64,000 nt of DNA from Lama guanicoe. Taxonomy: Eukaryota. Below, one piece after another: positions 35,859 to 49,600 of this stretch (positions within the stretch are counted from its first letter, which is position 1; each line of letters starts with the position of its first letter). The position numbers and the translations under genes are program-made. The notes under the pieces were generated by a model. The model was given only the letters and a program-made list of their open reading frames with translations, was not told the origin of the DNA and made no database searches. The stretch spans positions 1 to 64,000 of the forward strand of contig MU054307.1 in NCBI GenBank assembly GCA_013239625.1. The letters are read 5' to 3'.

Positions 35859-38800
35859 CAATTAAAGAGACAGAAAATGGAGATAGTGTATTTAACACTG
35901 CCCTCATTATTCTAAACCTCCTAACAACAGTAATTAAATACTTTAGCAAGTGTTTCCAGTTGCAATACGAATTTAATTTTCTTCTCAGAAAGGGGAACTT
36001 GTTCATAATTCAAGAGAAGACTGGACTTATTATGTTATTCAGCTCTTCTTATTGTGATAAAGTTGGGGGACAATGTAGTAGGTACACATAAAGCTAAATA
36101 ACTCAAGTAAAAATTAATATGAGTGAGTTACATATTGTTATTTTGGGAAGTACACAGTCTGGCGGTTTCAATAGTATAAATCAGAATCTCTCTCTGTTTG
36201 CACCTTTACACACGGAACACGGTCATAGCGGGCAGTGTGTGGACAGGGAGGCCTGGTAACAGGAAGCAACGTTTACCCACCAGCAGTGAGGTTAAACATC
36301 CCACTCACATGCCAGACATACTTTTCAGGGAGTTACGCTGCATCTCTGCTTTACTGACTGCGTAAGCCTAGTGTAGGGGGTTTGGAAGATACGGGTCACA
36401 TCGTCCTTAAAGAGCTGTTTTTGCCCAGTGTTGTCCTTTATCCATCACAAAACTGCAGCAGACATTTCGAAAATATTTCTCTTAGCCATTTCCATTGACA
36501 CCAAGTTTAGGGTGAGTGGTATTGCTGCACATGTAGAGTTTACTTATGTTTTTAAAAATATTCTTTTTCTTATTATGAAAGTAATGGATATAGAACCCAG
36601 GGAATATTTACAAATATTTAGAAGGAAACAGTTCTCATCCCGTTGATAACATTGCACTGTGTGCTACTCTTTTTGTTCTGCATGTGCATACATATATCTA
36701 TGCACTGAATCTTGCATTTCAATATATGTGTGTATGCATATGGATATACACACATACATGTGTATATGTGTGTGCTTGAATCTTGCATTTTCATGTTACA
36801 CTGTCATTGGAAATCTTCCCATGTCGTTAATTGTGAAAACATTATATTAACGGCTGCTTTACATTCCAGTGTTAGATATACTCTCATTCATCGCTCCATT
36901 CTCCTATTAGGAATCCTTGATCTTTCCTGTTTTTAATATCATAGATTCAGTTGTAATGAATTAACGTCTAAGGAACATTAGTTTTATGTAGACTAGAGTG
37001 AACTCTCTTCTTTAAGTTGACCATATTCTACCTACTTTACCGGTTTCACAGCAAAGACACTCCTTGTTTTATTTAAACATACTTAATATACTTTAGGATG
37101 TGTTACTTACAAATGAAATTACTTCCTTCGTTTAAAACCATAGATTTTTTAAAATCTCATTTCTCTTTATTTGGCTGTGTTTTTCTGACTCTGTTTATTA
37201 CTTTCTGTCTAAAACTTCTTCCTTCTAGGCCCCCGTAACATTGCACTATCCGGTTGAAACCCTGCATCTGTGGCCAAGTTTCATTTTCTCCCCTCGCCCT
37301 TGGAGCAGCTCCCGGGGTGCAGGACTCAGTCTTCTCTCTGGCTCTTCTTGGTGAAGGAACTCATTCATTCTGAAGACTTCAGTACCCAGGGCCATGAGGC
37401 TTGAACCTATTTTGTTTATACATATCTTATCACTCCCTTATGACTGGGAAAGACTCCTGAATCACAGAACACACCATATGATTTCTCCCTTATTCCATAT
37501 ACTAAATACTCTGCTATTAGCACTACTACTGCCACTGTTAACAGCATTCTCATTGGCCATTCACCACCTAGGCCAAGTATTTTGCAAAGCACTTTTTAAT
37601 AGTCATCCAAATTAACCGTCACAAAATGTTTATGAGATGGATATTATTATTCTTATTTCACAAATAAATAATGTGTTTCCAGGGTGCTAGGTATTTTGCC
37701 AAGGTCTGCATGACCCTACAGAGCAGCTAGAACCTATCACACTATTCAGCCTCATCATAAACCATAAAGCACACAGGCACACAGAGTGGTACCATCTTTA
37801 CAAGTAGCTTCATTGTCAGTCAGTTGTTTTTTTCTTAATAACTAATCCAAAGTTCAAAATAGAGCTTAACCATGGAGTTCAATAGTGGTCCTAAGAGAAA
37901 GCAATGCAGAATGTGAACCTAAAATGTGAGATGGCAGGTAGTTCCCTTGTTAAACTCGTGTAGTTCCTGAATCCCTTGCCTGACTGCATCCCTCTCCAGC
38001 TGCAAAGCTTGCTTTTGTTACTCCATTCTGTTCTTTCCTGTCCCCCTCATCCACTGGTGATGTGGGGTTGGGCATAAAGGATTTGTTGGTGAGTGAACAG
38101 CACAGCCACAGCTCTGCAGGCATGTGGGCCATGGGGTCAGCATTGTTGGGAATATAAATTCATTCCTGGACTAGCTTTCTGTCTTAGGCTGTGCAGCTCC
38201 CCATTCACGCCCTCTGTTCACTTCAGTGGCTCCAGGGTGCCTCTCTCCTTCTTCTTCCACTTCTGTTTTGTTTTTTTTTAAACCAAAATTTCTCCTGTAA
38301 AGAATATGCTCTCATGGTTATTCTCCTGACTGAGGGAGAGAATCATAGCTCTTTTGAAGTTTTTCTTCTAGGCAGGTTTCCTTTCCTGTTAGAAACAAAG
38401 AAACAACACAAATTTAATTTTTAAAAAGCTGTGTCCAAAATTCTCCTTTAGGAATGAGAAAGTCCTAAGTTACAGTTCCACCGCGCAGTGTGGTCCCATT
38501 CTTGAGAATGGGAGCTTTCACTGCAGACCTGGATTTTAGTCCCAGCTCTGTCACTTGGCCAAGTAGTTAAACTTTCAGAGGCTCAATTCTTTCGTGTTTA
38601 AAATGGGAAAACTAAAATTCAGCTATACTTTATAGCTGAATCTGCAATTAATATCTTCTTTGTTTGGTAGCAATGAGCAAAAAAAAGGAAAGGGTAGAAG
38701 GAAGCTCAGACAGCAGCTGAATGGAATTCTGTGCACCTACTGGGCCAGCAGGAGGCGCTATCAGGAACCTATCCAGGGTCAGTAAGTCCTAGTTAATGCT

Positions 38801-40159
38801 AATAGGTACATCCTGTTGATTGATATCTTGTTTATTAGCCAAAGATAATTACTGTATTTTAAACTAAACGTGTATTTCAACTGTTATTAGCCTTGTCAAG
38901 CTGCTAAATTTGAAAAATGCTAGTACAATTTTCACTTCAAAAATCACGTTATTGCCTTGATCCTTCCTCACATTCTTTCTCTTTATTGCTGCTTGCTGAA
39001 CTGCATATTACCTTTTTAATTCTGCACCTTTCTTTCATAACACACCTTCATTTGCATTCCTAAAATCAGATGTTCCTTTCGTATAACACAGTATCCTAAT
39101 TAAAATTTTAAAAGATGCTTTCTGAATGAAGAGAATTTACACTGCCATAAAAAATGCTCAGAGTGATGCAGGATGTTTAGTTTTTATATTTCAATGACAC
39201 TTTCTCTCTAAATTATTTCTAGTTATGGAGTTAACCCTCTCAGCCTTCAGGGTGCATTAACACTGTGGAAGAGGAACAGGCAGCAAAAAGAATTCAAGCA
39301 AAAAGAAAGTGTTGACTTCATAGTAAAATTCTGGAAAAAAATACTCAATGTATTTATTTTCTAATTAACTCCCACCAAGGTGTATTATTTTCCTGTTTGA
39401 TTGTTTCATTTGGCCTCCTTCAATTTGCAGGGCAGGGCTAAGCACATTTTGGGTCAACAGCTCATTGTTTTTCTGGGTGTGGATATCCAGTCCCTTGTTT
39501 CATTTGACTTTCTTTCCTTTCTTGATCTTCATTCTCATCCCACTCACTTTTACTGAGGTGTTTGAAACCCTTACAATTCTCTTTTAAATATCTTTTGTAA
39601 TTATATGTATTTAAAGTTAGCTAAATGATGCCTTATTTTGATTCCTACTCTCTTGACTCAACATTATGATTTTGAGGTCTGGATATTATTGCCGAATGTA
39701 TCTGTAGTTCATTGCTCTTCAGCAACATTCAGTTCATTGTTCTCATCATTACTTTAGGAATAGACATCTGAGTTGTCCTCAACTTCCTTCACCCCCCTGA
39801 AATACCATCATAAACATCCCAGCAGAACCATGTGTGAACTTGGAGTTCAAGCACCAGCTCACAGAATGTACATTTAATTTTTCTAAAATCTCGGATACAG
39901 CTTTACAGAAAGGCTGCATCAGTGTAGTCACTCTAGAATTCTTATTTCCCCCCACTTCTTCGGAAGCAGGTACTGTCATCCCCCTCTTCAGTTTTTTTCT
40001 TCTAATGGAAATAAGTGATAATTCATTTAATTCCCGGTTCCAAGCACATTTCCAGAGCACAGGAAACTGAGCCCCCCTAAATCCAAGTTCCCTTACCAAA
40101 TTTATGATGACTCTCTCTACCCAAAACTTTATTCCCTTTCCTGTCTCCTCTGAACACAA

Positions 40160-40612
40160 TCCTGTGCCAGCTGAACCCTAGTCGACCAGAGTCAGGTGCC
40201 TGAAATTGCTGTTCTGGGTAACATCGTTCGTGCCCTGAAGTTGCTATTGCAGATGTCAACATTAACGTACAAACTCAGGTTGCTTCTCCAGGGCCAGGTG
40301 TGCTAACGGGCCCCTGGGCTGTGGACCACTTGGCCAGAGAATCCTAAACCTGAGACATCCTGACTCTTGAAATCATGATTAAGGAATGTCACCAAAATTT
40401 CACAAGACAGTGATTAATCTCAGCCTCTTTCTTCTTCCCCTTTAAAAACCCTTTAGCTCAGAGACCAGGTTGGAGTGGACCAGAGGCTTGTCTCCCACTT
40501 CCTTGCTCGGCACCTTGCAGTGAGCACTGCGCTTCCCTTCAGTACAACTCAGGGTGAGTAGACTGGCTTTGCTGCTGGTTGGTGATCTGATCCAAATTTT
40601 GGTTCAATAACA
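40160..40612 (+). mobile_element. Probable solo ERV LTR
   Basis: TATA-like tttaaaaacc and LTR-type end ttggttcaataaca; 5' boundary approximate. Confidence 0.55.
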
Positions 40613-42301
40613 GAGATTGCACAGTTGGAATCTGTACCCCTCTACCCACAAACAGTGTAGCCTCAGGCAAGTTTTAACCTCTCCATCCTCCAGATCTTCA
40701 CTGATGAAGGAGAAACAACACTAGCACATAATTCATATCGGTGCTGTGAAAATTATATGAGCAAAGGTAAATAAAATAATTCAAAATCATGTCTGATTCA
40801 TTACAAGCCCAATTTACATGTCACTGTCATTATTAGTTTGTTTATAAAAATGTAAACTCCATGAGGGCAAGATTCTGTTTATTTACCATTCTAACCAAAG
40901 TGCCTAGAATACTGAAGTATATTGGAGATGTTGAAACTTTATTATGTTCTTGAAAAACACTAAACTTAATCATATTGAATCATTGTCAATACATTAAGAA
41001 GCACATTTTTTCGGATTTTTTTTTGGTACTACCAGTGCTATAAATCTAGAAAATCACCCACAAAAGACTATGTGGCAAAAACAGAAAAAGGCAAGTCAAA
41101 TCCTCCATTTCACTCTCTCACAGTAATCGGCCCTCCTCTGCCCGAGGACACTCTTTACGACTCTTCCCTAAACACTTTTCATAGCCTGTACTGTAGTTTT
41201 TCAGAGCCTTTGCCCCTAATTCTACATGATTTCTAACATTGGGCTCTGGGAGAGCATCAGAAGCCCAGGCTAATTTTCCCCTTTTCATTAACTTATCAAA
41301 ATTTGCAGGGGACCAAATGCTTAGAGGTATCACCAGTTCATTCAGTGAAAGACAATATTCAAAAAACATATTGCCTGGATTGAAATAGTAAAAATTTAAT
41401 TCAATGTAAATTAAAATGTAAAGGATTATGTTTACAATCAACATTTCAATTATCAATCAGCAAAATATGCAAAAATTAAAGGTACCATTTGTTAAACTAA
41501 TGGGAGTGCTTAATTGGCTATTTGGTCTATGATGAGATAATGCAATATGGCAGCTAAAAAATCCTGAGAATGCCTGCTTTGGGAGACGAGGTATTTCAAC
41601 AGAACTTCCTATATCAGAAAACTAGGTCCAATGTAGCACAGCTGTTTGATTCAATGTGATTGATGTGCAAGTCTCAGGCAGGTCTCAGTGGACCCCGCAA
41701 ATACAAATTATTCTTCCTCCTTCCCCTCCTTACCATCAGCATCTGTGAGCTTGTGTCTGAGTTGAAACAGTGAGTAGTAAAGTGTGGGAAGAAATGGGCT
41801 TTCTTGGGAACAGATGCCAAAAGCAATTCTGCATTGGAGCACTGGTACTCAGGCAAGCTTTTTGAGCTGAGTTTGGAGCATTTATATTGATCTAGGCCCT
41901 TCAATGGGATTGAAGAGTTCCAGAACAGAGCCAGCTTATGGCTTCTAGAAGGTGTAAATATTGTCTGGAAGAAAGTGTTGTCAATTAGTTTCCTAAAATC
42001 CCCAAAATTAAGATCAATAAAGGTGCTTATTAACAAGATGGCCAAGCAAATAAGAAAGGAAGTCACCACAAGTACCTGTCAGCAGAAACAATTAATATGG
42101 TTAGACCTCCCCCCAACACCTGCATTCCAGACAGCAGATACAGGAATTCTCTGAGATAGACTGTAGAATAGTTATGAATAATTTTTTAAGTATAAAATAA
42201 AATAAATGAATAAATGACTAGTGACCATTAAAGGTGACTAGGCATATTTGAAGAAGAAACAAATAGACCTACCAGAAATAAAAATATAATTGCTAAAAAA
42301 T

Positions 42302-42460
42302 GTGGGAGGCTATAGCTTAATGTAGAGAGCATGCTTAGCATGCACAAGGTCCTGGGTTCAATCCCCGGTACCTCCATTAAATACATACATACATACATAC
42401 ATACATACATACATACATACATACATACACCTATCTAATTACCTCCCCACAAAAAAAAAA
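42302..42460 (+). mobile_element. tRNA-derived SINE with internal (TACA)n
   Basis: gctatagcttaatgtagagagcatgcttagcatgcacaaggtcctgggttcaatcccc...taattacctcccc. Confidence 0.9.
42380..42428. repeat. (ATAC)n tetranucleotide microsatellite
   Basis: About 12 perfect units. Confidence 0.95.
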
Positions 42461-43019
42461 TTTTTTTAACTCAGTGCATAGATTTACAGTGTTCCTACAT
42501 AACATAACTGAACAGAGAACATTTGGGAAAATATATATCCTAAGGAATTATTCAGAATTCAGCCCAGATAAAATAGCTTATGGAGAATAATAGAGAAATT
42601 TAAAAAATACTACAATGAGAAGATCCAATCAGAGTTTCCTAAAGAAAGAATAGAGGAAGTAGAAGAGAGGCAATATTTTTAAGAATAAAGGCTAGGAATT
42701 TTCAGAACTGATAAAACACATGAATGCACAGATTTAAGCATTAGAAAGAAGTTTTGTTCACAAGATTGTGGCATAAGAAAGTAAGTTCTCAAAATATGCA
42801 ATGTAAAATAAAGAAAGCAGCAAATATATTAACCAAGAATAAAATAATAATTTTGTTCAATAATAGAGAAAATATTGGTAATGGGCACTAGCTTGAAATT
42901 TAGGGGAAGAGTTCTCCATCTGAAAAATTTTGGGACAGACCGCCTATGATATTTTTTGATTGAAAATATGAGTAGTGGGGCTTTGGAGCCCTGGCACTGT
43001 AAGATTATATAATTGAAGA

Positions 43020-43700
43020 AAGTTACAGGACATCAGCAAGATGGTGGACTACCTGGATCCTGGTTTTCCCTCCTCCCACAGATAAATTGATAAAACAGCT
43101 ACACACAGATCAATTGACTTTGAGAGAAATCCAGAAATGAGTCAAGACACTCCTAAATACCAGGTGACTGAGAACATCCTGCATCAAAACAAGTAGAAAA
43201 AAGTTGAGACAAATTATTCTGTATCTGGGAACTGATGGAGCAGGTGAAGGACTTGTATCTAAAATATACAAAAAACTCTTAAAAGTCAACAATAAGAAAG
43301 CAATCTGATTAAAAAATGGACAACAGGTCTGAATAGACACCTCACCAAAGAAGATACGCTAATGGCAAATAAGTGTATAAAGTGATGCTCAGTATCATGT
43401 GTCATCAAAGAATAGCAGATTAAAACAATAGTGACATACCACTACACATCTATTTGAATGACAAAAATAAAAAAAAATTGACAACTCTCAAATGCTAGTG
43501 AGAATGTGGAGCAAAAGGACTCTCATTCATCACACAGTTTGGAAGACAATATGGCAATTTCTTACAAAGATCTAGAAGTCTTACCATACGATAGAGTGAT
43601 CCCATTCCTTGGTATTTACTCAATGAGTTTGAAACTTATACCCACTCAGAAAAATGGAAATGAATTTTTATAGCAGTTTTATTCATAATCACAACCTTAA
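43020..43700 (+). mobile_element. Old L1 fragments (5'-like piece plus ORF2 end)
   Basis: caagatggtggact; ctgaatagacacctcaccaaagaagata; ccattccttggtatttac. Confidence 0.7.
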
Positions 43701-43994
43701 AAAAGAAATAGAATTAGATATAATATCTAAAATTAATAAAATAGAGGTATTTATCTTGTTAACAGTCATTGGTAATTTATATATCCAACTCTTTGATGAC
43801 TGCTCTTTTTTAATTGAAGGCTTATGTGATTTCTCTATGATGATCAGGATAAAACCCAATAAAGAGCGTAGAGTAACTGCGGTTCTCTTGTCTTGGTTCT
43901 TCCATCACTTGTTTTGGAGTATTTTCCTCCTAATTTTAGTTCTCAGATACTGTCCTAACTTCAGGATTCACTTTGCCAATCATTTCCCACTACT

Positions 43995-44730
43995 GTTTTT
44001 TTTTTATTTAATTGAAGTATAGTCAGTTTATAATGTTGTGCTGATTCCTGGTGTACAACATAGTAGATACACACACACACACGCAAACACACACGCACAT
44101 ATACACACACATGCATATACATATATATATTTCTTTTCATTATAGGCTATTACAAGGTATTGAATATAGTTCCCTGTGCTATACAGTAGGACCTTATTGT
44201 TTATCTATTTTATATGTAGTACTTAGTATCTGTAAATCCTGAATTCCCAACTTTTCCCTCCACTCACCTCTTCCCCCACCTCCCCTGTAACCATAAGTTT
44301 GGGTTCTATGTCTGTGAGTCTGTTTCTGTTTTGTAAATAGGTTCATTTGTGTAATTTTTTTAGATTCCACATATAAGTGTGATATCATGTGGTGTTTTTC
44401 TTTCTCTTTCTGGCTTATTTCACTTAGTATGATATTCTTCAGGTCCATCCATGTTGTTACAAATGGCATTATTTTATTATTTTTTATGGCTGAGTAATAT
44501 GTATATATATATGTGTGTGTGTGTGTATGTATATATATACACCACAACAGTCATCTATTGATGGACATTTAGGTTGTGTCCACATCTTGACTATTGTATA
44601 TAGAGCTGCTATAAATATTGGGGTGCAGGTATCTTTTCAAATTAGAGTTCCCTCCAGATATATGCCCAAGAGTGGGACTGCAGGATCATATGGTAAGTCT
44701 ATTTTTAGTTTTTTAAGGAATCTCCATACT
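43995..44730 (-). mobile_element. L1 3' end, antisense, with (CA)n/(TA)n tracts
   Basis: Minus-strand YYSAIKNNKIMPFVTTWMDLKNIILSEISQKEK. Confidence 0.9.
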
Positions 44731-44935
44731 ATGATTTTGTTGAATGAACTTGTAACATCAGACTCATGGTTATTGTGCAGTTAGGGGTAAATTTTTATTT
44801 AGCAAGAAATATTAATTGATATGTAAACATTTTTAAATTTATTCCATCAGTCATTAAAACTAAGTTACTCAATATGTACTATGTAACAGGCAAAAATTGC
44901 AGTGGAAAGTATGGATTTAGAATATCTTGTTATAA

Positions 44936-45161
44936 CAGGCATACCTCAGTATCTGCAGGAAATTGGCTCCAGGACCCACTGCAGATATTAAAATCTGTGG
45001 ATACTCAGGTCCCATTGTCAGCCCTCTGATATCTGTGGTTCTGCGTCAGTGGATTCAACCAACCACGGATTGTGTAGTACTGTAGTGTTAACTGCAAAAT
45101 ACCACAGAGTTAAAAGTGGACCTTTATGATTCAAATGCTTGTTGATCAAGGGTGGATGGTA
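44936..45161. mobile_element. Tigger-family MITE (MER8/Tigger2-like)
   Basis: gtatctgcaggaaattggctccaggaccc...ggattcaaccaaccacggat...gttgatcaagggt. Confidence 0.65.
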
Positions 45162-45522
45162 TATAATTCTCATTTGGAAAGTTATTGCTTATATTTTGCA
45201 ATTTGAATTAGAAATTGATCTTTGAAATATTTAAATACATCCAGCATTTGAGGAAAGTTTTAATATTTTAAAAGTTAATCATGCACATTTACTATACTAA
45301 ATGTCACAAATTAAGTCATAAAAAGAACTATTGTTAAATAAGTTGCATCATACATAAATACACAAAACTGACACATATTAATATTTTTCAGAGAAAAATG
45401 AAAAGGACTGATTTGAATAGTAAATACTAAATCTCTTGAGGGAGAAAAAAATGAGAAAGAGAAAAGTTGAGATTGGCTGTGAAGTGGGGCAATAGACTTC
45501 TTGATTTTGTCATTTAGGAGAT

Positions 45523-46600
45523 TTTTTTCCCGCCTTTTTAGTAACAGAGTCTTTTTATTGATAATTTCCCAACAGCATCTGTAAACATCGGTTACAAAAA
45601 TATTCCACTTAACTCTGTTTTCCAAGGTGGCTCAGCTGGGGTGAACTCAAACAGGACAGTGCTTGTCTACCTTGAAGAAGTCCTGGCCAGGGTGCTGGGA
45701 CAGGGGCATCTGGCTCTGGTCTCTGGGAACCTTTAAGTGTTGTTCAGAGCAGACCTCAGGCCTGGCTCTGGAAAAGCTCCCTTGCACCCAACCCAGTGAC
45801 TCCAGCTGGGCTGGACTCACTGACCTGGCAGAGGGGTCAAGGAGAGATGCTCTTAGAATGGGAATGCTAGATCCCAGGAATTTCATAGCCCAGAAAGGGA
45901 GCCTTGTCCCCCAGGGGGCTCCAGATGACAAAACAGGGTGGCAAAGCTGACTGTCTCAAGGCAGAGTTACCCGCTGCCACCTCAGACAACTGCGGAGTTG
46001 TGCTGCCACTGCCCTGAGACCCCACCAACCTCCTGGGAGCAGGGCTACTCGCACGGCATCTCCTCATCATCTGTATGGCTGCAGCCATTGATGTCAGGGG
46101 ACCTGGACCGGACATGAGACAGGTCCTCAAAGCCGGGGCTGAGGGAGGGTGAGACAGTGTCAGGACTGGTGTCGCATGAGTCTGTGCCCTGTTCTGAGGT
46201 GGCAAGTGTTGTTGTGGTGCTGAGTGATATGTGGTCTTCATTCTCATCCTCCAGGAGGGACGCTTCTGGGATGTGGCTGAAGGCCTCCGGGTGCTGCCTG
46301 GCCAGCTTCCCTTTCAGTGTCCTGATCCTGTTTCATCTCCACCAGGGTCCTTGTGTGTTGCAGGAAGCGCTCGCTCATCTGCTGCAGGAGGACACTCGAC
46401 AGGCTGTTGAAGTTCAGCAGCATCTCATTGGTCTTCTCATAGCAGTCCAGCATGTTCTTCTGGGCCAGGATGATGGCATTGACATTGTCTGCATTCACCA
46501 TGCTCAGGATGCGGCTGCAGAAGACCCTCGAGGCCGAGCCCAGGGGGTCCATCTCTTCCTCCTCCTCCACTGCCTGCACATCTGGCGGCCTTGCTCGCAC
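45523..46600 (-). pseudogene. KXD1: Processed pseudogene of KXD1 (BORCS4), near full length
   Basis: ATG at 46552: [35 protein letters not shown]...TRTLVEMK. After a frameshifting deletion it continues [23 protein letters not shown]...TDDEEMPCE* (stop 46045-46047). Intronless; AATAAA at 45554-45559 (-); TSD ttaggagat at 45514-45522 and 46601-46609. Confidence 0.95.
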
Positions 46601-49600
46601 TTAGGAGATATTTTAATGTTTTATTCTGACTACATCTCTTGTTGCATCCTGTCCTACTGCATAAAATCAACATTATGCAAACACACTTTAACCAGTACAT
46701 AACTTAGCTCCCCTGGAAATTCTTCCTATGTAAATTTCTATCCTTTAGTCTACCATAGATACCCTCAAGTATTATCTGTGAACCTGTATTCCCTTATTGT
46801 TATTTTATTTCAATTTATTTTTCCCATTATAGAAGCTATGTCCACTAAATATTTATAGTTTGGAACATACACAAAAATAGAAAGAAGAAAACAAAACAAA
46901 CTCCCCTCTATAAAGTTTTACTCTCCAACACAATCACAACGGGATTGCCTGACAAATTAAACCGAAAAACATTTGTGAGTTCTCCTCCCAGGACACTTCC
47001 TTGGGTCTTTGATCTAGATTCATTGCTATGTAGTGGTCACTGAGGCACCGTGTAATTCCCCCTTCTGGGACCTGAAACATACTGCTTTAAATATTTGTTT
47101 AATTGCCTTCATTTCTTCAGCCTCCCACCCCTGCCCCCACTCTGATGAGATTACAAACTCTAAAAAAGCAAAGACTCAGACTCAAATATCACTGCATTCC
47201 TAGAAAGTAGTGAAGTTTTGTGCACATAGTAGGGTTAGTAAATATTTGTCCCATAGATTAGTAGGGGTCATGAAGATGTATGCCCTTTTGCAATGAATAT
47301 AATAGCATAAGTATTTCCCCAAGTTACAGCTTTCACTTTTAAGCATTTTTATGCATTTCACCATCTGTTCATTGCATAAAAATCAGTTTCAAGACTGTTT
47401 GACTTATGTTTATACCCGCCATAAACCACGGTTCTTAGCAGTGCAATCTCCCTCTTCAGTTCCTACTATACCCTGCTTCCTCTTCACATCTATAAACTAC
47501 AACTAAATCTCTGTTAAAAAAAAAAAAAAGATAATGACAAAGTCCTAATTCAAAATCTAATGAGCATGCAAAGCTCATGAGACAAATCCTAAAACCTCCT
47601 CTATGGTGCTTTATTTCTGTTGGCTTATTTTTAAATGTGATGACATCACAGTGAGCACAAAAGGCCTTCTTCCTCCTTTTTAAAAATATGGCCTCTGTTA
47701 TTCTAGTTAATTTGAAAATTCACTTTATCACTCTAATCACGATGTTTTACATAAAAGCATTGAACAGAACACGAAATGTTCTATCTTTAAATTTGTTATT
47801 TTACTATCTGGTGATTTATTGACTAATATGATGAATGGGACTAGCCGCAGGATTATGCAAGGCACTGAGGCACAGGCTAGTGGGATGAGCAGACAGGTAA
47901 GCCAAAATCGATTACACACTTCAAGATCAGGGCTATCAACAAAAATATGGAAAGCATGGAAAGATAAGGAAGCTTTATTTTCTGTATGAGGGCTTTCATT
48001 TTAGGAAATGATTTCAGGAAAGCTTCTGTAACAGGTAACTGTGGTCTGAGATTTAGATACACATTTGCTAGATGGGTAAGGGAAGACTTACCATATGTTA
48101 AAAATGACTTTTATAGTCAAACTATATGACAGGGACAATATCTTGACTTTTTGGAAAGCAATACAAAAGATTCAAGTGTGAGAGTAAAACCAAAACAGAG
48201 TCACTGGTAAGAGAGTGCTCTGAAATGGAGCCAGGAGGCCACTGAGGAAGTGAGACTTATGCAAGTCTCAGCTCAGGTAGAATCAGAAAGTTTGACCACT
48301 TTTGTTTTAATACTGGCATCCAGAATATTTATACAATGTTCCAGAAATTCAGGATACTTACAGGACCTGGCTCTACATAACTCCTGACAGCTTATCCCTT
48401 AAGGACACATATTTCCTTTTTGCATGAGAGCTGATCATAATTCTTGCAAGACAACTGTAACAACCTATGGCTTTTGCCTTTATTAGCTCCTTTACATTTC
48501 TCTTACCCAGAACACATTTTCTATTTTACCAGAATCTGTGTTTCTCTAATTGGCAATTCCTAAGACTCACAATAAAGCATATACATACCCATCCAGATGA
48601 AAATCTGTCAAATCTACTGGCATAGCATGTGTAAGCTGTTTTTTACTCTAAAATAAAGTATTCTTGCAGTGTTTCATGTTTGGGAATATATTCATCAAAC
48701 TCCAAGAGGTTTGGCCAGATTCCAGATAACAGGTAAGTATTCATCAAAAAACAAAGAAAGCAAGATCTCCTCAGAAACAGACTTAGTTGCTAAGCTGGCA
48801 GCATGTGCTCAGTATCATGCCACATTGCAAAATCCAGTGAAGACTCAAGCAGCATCAGTTGCCATGGAAGTTTTGATGAGATAACAACTATAGCAGTAGC
48901 TTTATGAAACTTCTTACTGGCTGTAAGCATGCACCTATAAAACCCACTGGGGAAATAGCTCAGTAATTGTGAGAATCCATGTTCCCATGTAGAAGAAATG
49001 GGGAATGGTTGCAATAATGAATGATACTGGAAAATATAAATTCATTAAATCTTTCTACAGTATGTATTACAAGCATTGGAAATGTACTGGCTAGTGATTC
49101 CTTATGATTGGGATCAGCAGTCTGATTGGTTTTGTTACTGTACACCCTAACCCTCTATTTTATCTCTATTTTCTTTTATATTAACATCATTGAACTTATT
49201 CAACTCAGAAGTTACACAAAACTTCCTTTTGAATATTTTGAACAATTTAGAGAATGCAGGCAATCATAGAAACATTAAAGCTATTTTAAAACAGAAGTCC
49301 CAAATCACAGATATCACATGGGAATTAATATTATTAAGAAGGGTAAATTTTATGAAGCTACGTTTAGTATGGATAGTCACAGTAATTTGAATTAGGCATT
49401 ATCTCTCGAGGATACGTTTGGATGTAAGGGAAGACAATTATGATCAGTGGGTAGAGGGCAAGACCCTGACCTCTAGCCTGTAAGATGGTATCAATTAACT
49501 GGGTATCAACTGTGGTCTTGAGAAAGGCACAGGTAGATTCATTAAAACAGAAAACAAAGTCCCATTCCCAGCAATGTGAAGGATATGAAGAAAAAGTTAC

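Noticed and set aside
38617..38641. Perfect 11-bp hairpin attcagctata-ctt-tatagctgaat
   Set aside because: Isolated and AT-rich, at the edge of a MIR-like fragment; too short for a pre-miRNA.
46157..46702. 181-aa plus-strand ORF
   Set aside because: Antisense shadow of the KXD1 retrocopy.
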